NCBI GenBank assembly: GCA_008690995.1
Contig: VRMN01000003.1
Location: 1,550,001 to 1,614,000, forward strand
Source: Porphyridium purpureum
Lineage: Eukaryota
Direction of reading: 5' to 3'
DNA length: 64,000 nt
Numbering within the stretch: the stretch's first letter is position 1; each line of letters starts with the position of its first letter. Below, piece by piece: positions 9,767 to 18,303 of this stretch. The notes under the pieces were generated by a model that was not told the DNA's origin, did not search any database, and saw nothing but the letters and a program-made list of their open reading frames with translations. The position numbers were made by a program, and so were the translations under genes.

Positions 9767-9774
9767 TAGGGTTT
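9767..9774 (-). promoter_or_regulatory. Telo-box-like motif (AAACCCTA) overlapping an E2F-like TTTCGCGC
   Basis: tagggtttcgcgcg in the divergent trHb/RluB spacer. Confidence 0.35.
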
Positions 9775-9968
9775 CGCGCGCTCGCGCGATAGCGCACTGT
9801 ACTTCGTGGTGTACTCAGATTGGCGCTCGATCACGGCTGGTGTAAGGTGGGTGGGTACAGTGTTCGCTGGATGACGGTGATGAGGTGGACTGTACACCCA
9901 CTGAATGGGAGTTGCGCGCGTGCGAGTTGAGCGTGAGAGGTGAGTGGTGGGAGACGCAAGTATGGAGA

Positions 9969-11093
9969 ATGGTGGTGGTAGTTGTGGTGGTGACGCCATT
10001 GGCTTGGATTGAGGCGTGTGGTCATGGGGTGAGCAGGAACAAGGCCGGTGTGGCAGCTCGTGAGCCATGTCGTGTGGTGGTCGAGCGCGTGCTGCTGGCG
10101 GGAGCTCCGGCGGTGTGCGGGACGCGTGCGTCGGCAAAACGCGCGCTCGCAGCCGGTCGTGTGCAGACCAGAGATCGACGCTCCGGACGTCTGCACCGCA
10201 TTTGCGTCCATGAAGCTCAGAATCAGGTCCCGAAAATCGATCTCCAAACCGCCGATCTCCTGCTAGACGGAGCGCCGGTGCGCATGCCCAAAAGCGCACT
10301 GTACTTGCTGCTGAACAAGCCGAGGAACATGGTCACAACCATGGGCAACGATTTGCATCCGGAAAAGTCTCGACCGCACCTACGCCGCCTTGTAGAGGAG
10401 CAAATCATCAAGCTGCTCCTGCAGAAGCAGCCTCGTGACCGAATCTCGGCTTCAGATTCTGCACAAGTTGCCGTTGAGCGCGAATTTGGCCGGCGCTGGT
10501 TTCCAGTAGGTCGCCTGGACGCAGAGACGTCTGGGCTCCTTCTGATCACAAACGACGGATTTCTCTGTCACGCACTTACACATCCAGACTTCAGATGCAG
10601 TAAGAAATACGTGGCATGGGTGGTGAGCACCCGATTCCCAAGATTTTGTGACCCCGTCACACCAGAGGTGCTGCACACCCTATGCGATGGCATCCATTTG
10701 GGCTGCGGACAGCTGGCACGTGCTCAGACTGCCCGACTTGTTCCGCTCGCATCCTCCGAGAAGCTTCTCGGTGCTGGCACTGATCACTTTCATGATAGCA
10801 TCAAGGATCGATATAATGTAACCAAAGACGGTTATCTGGTCGAGCTCACGCTCGATCAGGGCCTGAATCGGCAGATACGACGCATGATGCGCGCTGTTGG
10901 CTACCGCGTCGAGGCGCTAGCTCGAACAGGTGTTGGTTGCGGCGTGACTGCCGCGGAGCTCGCACCGGGCGAGGCGCGTTTCTTGACTCGGCACGAGCTG
11001 GACGCTCTGTATGAAAATGCCTTATGCCATGCGGGTCCGCTAGACGTGATATATGATTTTGAAGCAGGATTCTTCCGGCGCGCCCAGTTGTAG
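9969..11093 (+). CDS. RsuA/RluB-family rRNA pseudouridine synthase (likely organellar)
   Basis: LLNKPRNMVTT, FPVGRLDAETSGLLLITNDG, GLNRQIRRM and an S4-like N-terminal region. Start codon uncertain. Confidence 0.9.
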   Translation: MVVVVVVVTPLAWIEACGHGVSRNKAGVAAREPCRVVVERVLLAGAPAVCGTRASAKRALAAGRVQTRDRRSGRLHRICVHEAQNQVPKIDLQTADLLLDGAPVRMPKSALYLLLNKPRNMVTTMGNDLHPEKSRPHLRRLVEEQIIKLLLQKQPRDRISASDSAQVAVEREFGRRWFPVGRLDAETSGLLLITNDGFLCHALTHPDFRCSKKYVAWVVSTRFPRFCDPVTPEVLHTLCDGIHLGCGQLARAQTARLVPLASSEKLLGAGTDHFHDSIKDRYNVTKDGYLVELTLDQGLNRQIRRMMRAVGYRVEALARTGVGCGVTAAELAPGEARFLTRHELDALYENALCHAGPLDVIYDFEAGFFRRAQL

Positions 11094-11518
11094 TGGCGCG
11101 GGCCGCGTTTGGGTGTGCCAAGGAATAGTGCAATAGCGACCGAAATTGAACGTCACCGGACCAAGCTGATTGCGTGATCGCGATGCGGTGCGGCCTAATT
11201 CCGTAAAGCTGCTGGTTGTGCCGTGAGAAGCGAACGAAGCAACATATTCGTATCGACTGTGAAACGAACCTTTCCAGCTCTAAAGTCAAAGTCGCCCACG
11301 CGAGCACGCGCGTACCGTGATTGAGAGCTGTGTGTTTGATTCTGTCCATCTCCGACAGCGTAGGAAAGAAATCACGCAGCATAGTTTGCCGTAAAATCCT
11401 TTTCCTACATTTGCTCAGTGTCTCCAAGCCCCACTACCATGATCGTCCCCGGCGATGCGAGCATCCAAATTTGCGAGGACGAAGAGAAAGATTGACACGA
11501 GGGGTCGCCTGCTGCAAT

Positions 11519-12457
11519 ATGGCGTCTGTGGCGGTGGCCGATCATGGATTGGACCCCGACCAGCTCACGCAAGTCGAGGACGCCATTTTGGAATTGGCCA
11601 AACAGGGCAACATGGACTTGACGCGCATGGCCGACGCGTTGGCGCCGGTGCTGGACCCTCCGGTAGAGACAAAGAAGCTCGTGGCGGTATTCAATGGGCT
11701 ACTGCGGAAAGGCCGAGTGGTGCTGCGAAGGGATAAGCATGGCAAGACCGTGTATGATTGTCTCTCGGCAGACGAGGCCAAAAAGTTCATGGGGCTCGGG
11801 GTCGAGGACCGTTTAGTGCTTTCGCTGGTCAAGGACGCATCCAACATGGGCATTTGGGCAAAAGATCTGCGGACAAAATCTGGTCTGCAACTGAACCAGT
11901 TCACAAAAGTGCTGAAGACGTTGGAAGGCCGCCAGCTTATCAAAAGCGTGAAGAGCGTCAAGGCAAAGAACAAGAAGTTTTACATGTTATTCGAAATCGA
12001 GCCGAGCGCAGAACTGGCAGGCGGGCCTTGGTTTTCTGATCAAAAGGAACTCGATCTCGACTTTATCTACGCTCTGCAGCAAGCTTTGGTTCACTACATG
12101 GCCGACGTGGGAGCCCCGATTCTGGCCAAGCAAGCCGCCGAGTACATCGCGAGCAGTCAGATTAGCAAGGAGGTTTTGGACGAGCAGCACATCAAGGACT
12201 TGCTGGATGTGCTGGTGTACGACGGACAGGTCGAACGCAATGCGATACTGAACCCAGAGGAGGCAATGGACTTGGCAGACGAAGACCGAGAGGATCACCC
12301 AGAATATCTGTACAGTTTAGCAAAAAGACACACGGGCCCGGCAACATGCACAGAAATGCCTTGCGGCGTGTGCCCAGTGGAGCACTTGTGCACACCAGGA
12401 GGCGACGTCTCGCCGCGTAGATGTCCCTACATGAAAGAGTGGCTGGACATGTTTTAG
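11519..12457 (+). CDS. RPC34: RNA polymerase III subunit C34/RPC6
   Basis: GIWAKDLRTKSGL, LIKSVKSV, YMLFEIEPS..LAGGPWF and C-terminal PCGVCPV..LC...VSP..CPYMKEW. Confidence 0.95.
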   Translation: MASVAVADHGLDPDQLTQVEDAILELAKQGNMDLTRMADALAPVLDPPVETKKLVAVFNGLLRKGRVVLRRDKHGKTVYDCLSADEAKKFMGLGVEDRLVLSLVKDASNMGIWAKDLRTKSGLQLNQFTKVLKTLEGRQLIKSVKSVKAKNKKFYMLFEIEPSAELAGGPWFSDQKELDLDFIYALQQALVHYMADVGAPILAKQAAEYIASSQISKEVLDEQHIKDLLDVLVYDGQVERNAILNPEEAMDLADEDREDHPEYLYSLAKRHTGPATCTEMPCGVCPVEHLCTPGGDVSPRRCPYMKEWLDMF

Positions 12458-12513
12458 CAAAGCCCAGCCGCAAGTTTGTCCGACTAGATGCGGAACAGAA
12501 GGCTTCGTTCTTG

Positions 12514-13482
12514 CTACTCCTCGTCATACATACGATCATCTATTGCCATATTGTTTGCTCGGCGAAGATCATGATCTGCCCATGCATGTACGTTGCGCAG
12601 ATCAATCTCAAAGGGGCCCTTGACGGAATCTGAGAGCAAAATGCTCAAACTAAGAATCTGGTCCTCTTGAAGCGGTGTTTGCCTTCGCTACAATTGAACC
12701 ACACGAGAAACGACAAGAAGAGTTTTGATCACGGGTACACAGAAATACATCCTTGCAAGTCAGCCTCATGGTTCAGAGTTTGTCAAATCGACTCCCAGCG
12801 GTCGAGAATGAAGGACAGATTGTAAATAACTTACCAAAACATTGCCCTGAAAGGTCTTAATAAATTGGGTGAATGGAATGTGGACCTTTTCCCAGCGTCC
12901 ACTCTCAGGTGACGCAAAGTTCGCCTGAAACTTCGCCGTTCCCATTCCAAAGGAGCTCACCGTCACACTGAGCGTGTATCGACGTGCGATATGTGAGCGC
13001 ACGCCCAGCTCAAAGCCTTCAAAGTCGAGCAGTGCTAGCTGTTCATTCCACACCATGGCCGCGTAGCCGCTTCTGTCGTACCCTCTGACTGGTGTTGTAT
13101 CAATCGTACCAGACAGGCGAACGTACGCATGCTGCCCGTTGTCGCCATCATCCACGCGCTTTTCTGCTACCGCAAATGACTTTCCTCCCATGTCCGAGTC
13201 GCAACCAATCTGCATCTTCGCTGCGCGTCGCTGTGCGTCCTGCACAAAACTGTGCGTGAAGGCGAGCGGGAGCGGCCCTTGGCCTGTTGAGATAGTCTTC
13301 GGATCCGAGTAGCGCCGCGGGAAAAATTCCGCAGGCATCTGCGACGCCGCTCGATCCGCAGGCGAGAACAGCAGCACGGGCATGTTCTGCAGTTGTGTGT
13401 TTGGTGCCACGCCGAAGCGCAATGCGCGCATCCATTGCGAAAGCTTGCTCAGCTGCGCGCTGCCGCCAGGCATCAACGCCAT
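12514..13482 (-). CDS. CIA30: Complex I assembly factor CIA30/NDUFAF1; exons 13482-12835 and 12687-12514
   Basis: CDSDMGGKS, RSGYAAM, WEKVHIPFTQF. A phase-0 GTAAGT...TAG intron (12834-12688) joins RRQTPLQEDQILSLSILLSDSVKGPFEID..., which restores the family C-terminus; stop TAG at 12516-12514. Confidence 0.85.
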
Positions 13483-13496
13483 CTCTTCCTGTCCTC

Positions 13497-13826
13497 TTAA
13501 CCTTGAGGAACGTAGAGAAACCTCGGCACCCCAGGCTCACCACAGTGGGACTCTTACGGGGGTGTTATGCACGTACGCGGGTGCTTCTTGCACCAGACGC
13601 TCCTTGCACACAATGTTCGAAGTTTATCACCTCTACTAAAGTCTCTTCTTTTTTCCCCCTCAACACTTGGAACTAGAAGATACCTGGAGTGGTCCAAATT
13701 AAATCTAGGAAAGGTAAGAGAGGAAACAGATTCCAGTCTAGGATTGCGGCGTCTCGGAGCGAAAGTCGACACTTCCAGTCCCTTTCCACAGCAAACCTTC
13801 CCTTTGTAAATAATTCCTCAAGTTAA
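13497..13826. mobile_element. Candidate non-autonomous TIR element (piggyBac-like MITE) flanked by TTAA
   Basis: Left end TTAA|CCTTGAGGAA; right end TTCCTCAAG|TTAA; no recognisable coding capacity. Confidence 0.4.
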
Positions 13827-13830
13827 GTTT

Positions 13831-15303
13831 TTACTCCGATGATGTTTCATGATTGGAAGCGTCAGCTCGTGCCGCCGCTCCCTGATCCATGCGACGGGCA
13901 GCCTCAATATCCTCTTCAACCATGCGCACGCCGACAGGTGGCATATCACCCAACATAAACCAAGAGCCCTCGAGTCGATGCCCGGAATCCGCGGATGCAA
14001 ATGCAGACTGCCAGGCAGGCGCTACTTCCCCATCCGGTCGGCTAGCGTGCAAAACACCACGAGACAGAAACTGATGCATGGCGTCATCAAAGTCGAGATT
14101 TGCGTAAAGCACTTGAGACTTGAATTGTTCGCGCTTCGTATCGTAAGGTTCGAACGAAATGGGAGCGTCCATACCCTTGTCTGGGTAGAAGCGCTCATTC
14201 CAAAAAGTATATTCGAGGTCGTCTAGGAGCAAGCCCTCCGCCGGCGCAGGCGGTACTAGAATGGGCAGTTCGCCGGACCCTGGCCGGCACTGCGTCAAGG
14301 CCCGCGCAATCTCTGTGTCGCGGACGATTCCCATTAGGGCAAGCACGGCCAGCCCGACCATCTTACGGATCTGGTGCAGAATAAAACTCTGTCCGACGAC
14401 TCGCACGCGCAAGAATTGCTTCCCAGTCGATGGAATTGTCAGGGGCTGCTCCATGCAGGCGATTGACACAATATACCGATCGAGGCCGGCATCGACTTTG
14501 CCCATGCGTGTGAAGTTGTGATACGAGTTTGTGCCAACATAATGACTCAGAAGCTCATTCAGACGTCGCACCATCGTCTCGACGTCTTGAATCCTCGATT
14601 TAGGTTGCCACATTTGCAGCACCGAAAGCGGCAGGACATACTCATAGCGGCGGTAGGCGCAGGCCAAGCGCGCATTGAACGACGCTACAGTACGCTGCGC
14701 ACCGTACAGAACAATTTCCGGAGGTAGAAAGGGTCGGAGTCGTTCGCACAAGATTTCATCGTCGAATTCGTCGTCACGTGGCCATTCAATTTTGAGAGTC
14801 GCGATCTGGGCGGCCGCGGACACACCGCGATCTGTGCGCGCCGCACACGACCACTTTGTTTTGTTCAGGTCGTCGGCATTGTGGTCGCTCACCAGCTTGG
14901 CAAGCACTAGCGCCTTTCGAATCTCCTCCTCAATGGTACGTACATCCTGGTTCTTCTGTCGCTGAAACCCATTATAATCGCGACCATCAAAGCCCAGATA
15001 CAAAGCTACTCGGCGTTTTACCGTACTTCTTCGTTGATGGTCCTGTTGCAGCTCGTTCGCCTCCTGATTCTGCTCATCCTGAAGCAGCGGCTTGTTTTCC
15101 AAACCCACGCTCTCCAATGTGTCGGTACTCGCGCCACTGCACATCCGACACCACGCGCGAGGCCGCGCACGCGTCACGTTCGCGCGTGCGCGCGACAAGC
15201 CAGTGATATACCGGCAAGTGCTTGCATGTGCGCGTCCGCCCGTGACATGAGACCACCGCGGTGCCACTGCACCTGTCCACGCGGGCATCCATCCTCGCAT
15301 CAT
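13831..15303 (-). CDS. PUS1: tRNA pseudouridine synthase, TruA/PUS1 family (organellar presequence likely)
   Basis: GFDGRDYNGFQ, AARTDRGVSA, RRYEYVLP, GTNSYHNFT, GQSFILHQIRKMVG. Confidence 0.92.
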   Translation of the reverse strand: MMRGWMPAWTGAVAPRWSHVTGGRAHASTCRYITGLSRARANVTRARPRAWCRMCSGASTDTLESVGLENKPLLQDEQNQEANELQQDHQRRSTVKRRVALYLGFDGRDYNGFQRQKNQDVRTIEEEIRKALVLAKLVSDHNADDLNKTKWSCAARTDRGVSAAAQIATLKIEWPRDDEFDDEILCERLRPFLPPEIVLYGAQRTVASFNARLACAYRRYEYVLPLSVLQMWQPKSRIQDVETMVRRLNELLSHYVGTNSYHNFTRMGKVDAGLDRYIVSIACMEQPLTIPSTGKQFLRVRVVGQSFILHQIRKMVGLAVLALMGIVRDTEIARALTQCRPGSGELPILVPPAPAEGLLLDDLEYTFWNERFYPDKGMDAPISFEPYDTKREQFKSQVLYANLDFDDAMHQFLSRGVLHASRPDGEVAPAWQSAFASADSGHRLEGSWFMLGDMPPVGVRMVEEDIEAARRMDQGAAARADASNHETSSE

Positions 15304-15394
15304 GCCGCGAGAGACGCAGCTCTCACATTCACTCACCTGCTGCCCACGCGCAGCCCAAACCTTCGCCGACGCCGAAACCGGTTTGACCAACCGC

Positions 15395-15511
15395 GCCGAT
15401 AACCCGATAAACCACTAAACGGATCAGCCGATAAGCCGATAAGCCGATCGTTTTCAAAACGGGCGAAGTGCGGAGCCGTTCAACCGTTCTGGGCGCGGCT
15501 GCGTTTCCGTT
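15395..15511. promoter_or_regulatory. Divergent promoter with 4x CCGATAA and about 5x AACGG/CCGTT
   Basis: gccgataacccgataa...gccgataagccgataagccgat; aacgg/ccgtt at about 15418, 15458, 15476, 15484 and 15507. Confidence 0.4.
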
Positions 15512-15677
15512 GAACAAGCGTGATCTGAATTCTGGCGTGTGAGGTTGAGCAGGAAAGACGTGAGGTTGAAGGAGAAGGACGAAGGCGGTGTCGGCTGAAG
15601 AGGCAAGGAGAGGCCAGAGGAGGTTAAGAACAGTCAGAAGAGAGAGAGCTTTGGAAGATTCCGGGTGCCGATTCAAA

Positions 15678-16388
15678 ATGGGAATCTACGCGATGCAAAA
15701 GGAGGTGCGGCAGGCGAAAGGCGTCCTGGCGCATGGTGTGCCACTGGACTCAATTGGCTCGTATACGATTCTGGAGCGTCCGCTGAAAGTGCCCGAGGAG
15801 CACTACAAGGAGTGCTACGGCGTGGCCGTGTTCGCCGAGTACTCGATGGCGCTGGGCGTGGGTGCGCTCCGTGGATACGGCATCGTGGTGAAAAAGTTGA
15901 ACAAGGGCTCAGCGGACGAAACATGGTCCGCGCCGGTGCCTTTCTCGATCAATGGCATGCAGGTCGGCGCCTCGGTAGGTATTGCAAAGACCGAGTTTAT
16001 CATGTTCTTGACATCACCCGAGCAGGTCAAGGCGTTCGAGCACGATGCTGAGATCAAGCTGACTGCGTCGGTCGTCGGCTCTGGTCAAAACAACGAAATG
16101 CACATGGCGCAAACCACTCAAACTGAAGGGATGGCCGAGCGAATCGATCTTTCGATTGGTGGTGAAGGCCCAATTGCGACTGGCATTGTGTACGCTCACG
16201 CTAGAGGCGTGATGTTAAGCGCTGCTCTCGGCGGCTCAGTACTCCACCTTGAGCGTCAGAAGCTTCTTACCGCGTATGGTAATAACGCCACTGCCGCAGC
16301 CGTGCTGAATGGAGAAATTGGCATGGATGCCGCGTACTCTGACGAGGATATGCAGGTCGTGTACCGTCTACTGAACAAGAAGAAATGA
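15678..16388 (+). CDS. Stand-alone SYLF/Ysc84 (YAB) domain protein
   Basis: CYGVAVF, GYGIVVKK...WSAP, GASVGIAKTEFIMFL, IVYAHARG, VLNG. Confidence 0.8.
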   Translation: MGIYAMQKEVRQAKGVLAHGVPLDSIGSYTILERPLKVPEEHYKECYGVAVFAEYSMALGVGALRGYGIVVKKLNKGSADETWSAPVPFSINGMQVGASVGIAKTEFIMFLTSPEQVKAFEHDAEIKLTASVVGSGQNNEMHMAQTTQTEGMAERIDLSIGGEGPIATGIVYAHARGVMLSAALGGSVLHLERQKLLTAYGNNATAAAVLNGEIGMDAAYSDEDMQVVYRLLNKKK

Positions 16389-16641
16389 GGGTGAAACACA
16401 TCACGCCGTGAACGTTAAATCCTGAACCACTGTCTGTGCGCTGAGAGGCACTGCGTTCCCTTGAGTCTGATGCTCTACCCCAGTCACCAGACTAGAAACG
16501 ACCAGATCGTTCTTCGTATTCGACTTCCAAGTTTCGGAATACCATGGCCTATTTGAGTAAAACCTCGTGTACCTCCGCGGCTGCATTTGCACGATCACCC
16601 AGCTTGCGCAGCTGGCAAGCTAAACGCCACTGAGTGAATCC

Positions 16642-17454
16642 ATGACGCACGCTTCGGCATTTATCATCATCGGGTGCACTCAACATGCGCGCGCGTATCA
16701 AAGGTCGCGCGCGTGCAGTGTGCGGCGCGCTTTCCCGTCGTGGACGACTCGTACATTTCGGTCGATGCGGTGGCGGCGCACGAGCTCATCGTCAACCGCA
16801 ACGCGTGCGAGCTTGAAGCCAGAAGCGGCGGAAGCCGCTGAGCATGGTGTTGGCGACAGGAAGAAAATCGTTCTCTTTGATATCATGGATACGCTCGTGA
16901 AAGATCCATTTTTCGTAGACATGTTCCGGCATTTCGGCTTCAACTCTTTCGACGAGATGATGGTTGCCAAAACGCCCCGCACGTGGCTCGAGTTTGAGCG
17001 TGGACTGTTGAGCGAGGATCAGCTGGCTGATCAGTTCTTCTTGGATGGCGTGGAGGCTACATTTGATTTGGCAAAGTTCAAGCAGTATTTGACCGAGTCG
17101 TACGTGCTACTTCCTGGCATGATAGAAATTCTGGACGAGTTGCGGTGTAATCAAGTCGAAATGCACGCCTTCTCCAATTATCCCGTCTTCTATGAGTTGA
17201 TTGAGGCCAAACTCAAGTTATCCAAGTACCTCAAGTGGAGTTTTGTGAGCTGCAATACGGGCTTTCGAAAGCCCGAGCCACAGAGCTTCGAGGCGTGCAC
17301 CGCGGCCCTGCAAGTTCCTCCGTCGCTCCTGGTTCTAGTTGACGATCGCGCTGTCAATTGTCAGGCGGCATGTGACTTTGGGTTCGGAGCCGGGATTGTG
17401 TTTGAGAATGCCGACTCATTGAGAGCCGAGCTCAGCAAACTCGACCTGCTTTGA
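16642..17454 (+). CDS. HAD hydrolase, plastid FMN hydrolase (FHY1)-like
   Basis: LFDIMDTLVKDPF, WLEFERG, HAFSNYP, GFRKP, VDDR; transit-peptide-like N-terminus (MTHASAF...). Confidence 0.85.
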   Translation: MTHASAFIIIGCTQHARAYQRSRACSVRRAFPSWTTRTFRSMRWRRTSSSSTATRASLKPEAAEAAEHGVGDRKKIVLFDIMDTLVKDPFFVDMFRHFGFNSFDEMMVAKTPRTWLEFERGLLSEDQLADQFFLDGVEATFDLAKFKQYLTESYVLLPGMIEILDELRCNQVEMHAFSNYPVFYELIEAKLKLSKYLKWSFVSCNTGFRKPEPQSFEACTAALQVPPSLLVLVDDRAVNCQAACDFGFGAGIVFENADSLRAELSKLDLL

Positions 17455-17504
17455 ATGAAAGGATGTAGGATTTAAGAATGGTTGTTGCTTTTTGTTTCTT
17501 CACT

Positions 17505-18164
17505 TCATGACGCGGGTAAAATACCACAGGATTCGAGCGCTCTGCGGTGGTTCGGCGCACGGGTTTTGATATATCGCAGTAGCTTGGACTCGGCACTTCG
17601 GTTCTGCAAGCCGTGCGCTTGGATAAAATCTTCGAGCAGTGCCGCAGCCTTTGCCATTTCGGTCTTGTCGGCATGGTCCTCGACCATTATCTCAAGCTCG
17701 GCCACTTGGTAACCAAAAGAACACCGGTCGAGATCAATCCGCACCATGCATCCACAGAATTCCTTTTGGTGTGACTCACGCATTGTTTCGATACTAATGC
17801 ACTCTCGAAGGCCGAGAAACTTCAGTGCGCCCCCCAGGTCATCGGCGGCCATCTCACTCGTTCGGGTTTCTTTGCCTTCGAGCGCTTGCGAAATGAGACG
17901 CGCAATCTCGAGTGGTTCCTCAATCTCTATATATGTATCCACAGCGCTACCTTTCATACCACCCTGTGCAGGCACTTTCAATTGCCACGTCTTCTCTTCG
18001 CCTCGCTTCCGCAGTCTGAGCCACCAATCGCGTGAAGTGACGCTGTAACGCTCTGTGTCGAAATAGACATCCTCGACACGCTCGTTGCCAATCAACTGTG
18101 CGCCTTCAAGCAGCAAGCCGCGCGTCAGGTCGTCGTATTCCACTCGCCGTTCCACTTCAATCAT
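17505..18164 (-). CDS. THTPA: CYTH-domain protein, thiamine triphosphatase-like
   Basis: MIEVERR (ExExK-like), DVYFDT, WLRLR, WQLK, IDLD...FGYQVAELEI, SKLLRY. Confidence 0.8.
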   Translation of the reverse strand: MIEVERRVEYDDLTRGLLLEGAQLIGNERVEDVYFDTERYSVTSRDWWLRLRKRGEEKTWQLKVPAQGGMKGSAVDTYIEIEEPLEIARLISQALEGKETRTSEMAADDLGGALKFLGLRECISIETMRESHQKEFCGCMVRIDLDRCSFGYQVAELEIMVEDHADKTEMAKAAALLEDFIQAHGLQNRSAESKLLRYIKTRAPNHRRALESCGILPAS

Positions 18165-18303
18165 TGCAAGACGAGGCTCCGGAAGCCGGTTTGCAAACGC
18201 CGGACTGGACAACCGACACAACGAAATACGTTCATCGCCGGCGCACTTTGCAGACCTGTGTGCTTGTCCAACGAGGAAGGCAAAGTGCTTGCGCGCATCG
18301 ACA

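Noticed and set aside
12766..12834. ORF-track C-terminus of CIA30 (VSYLQSVLHS...)
   Set aside because: Read-through into a GTAAGT intron; the family-like C-terminus lies in exon 2.
9969..15303. Apparent RNA-modification cluster (two pseudouridine synthases near RPC34)
   Set aside because: Different families with unrelated genes interspersed; expected by chance in a gene-dense genome.
16425..16500. tRNA-like string on the minus strand (GGTAGAGCATCAGACTCAAG, later GGTTCAGG), considered as a tRNA or permuted tRNA
   Set aside because: No D-stem partner for GAGC, and no acceptor stem or proper T-arm in either the normal or the permuted arrangement. At most a relic; tRNAscan-SE or SPLITS would settle it.
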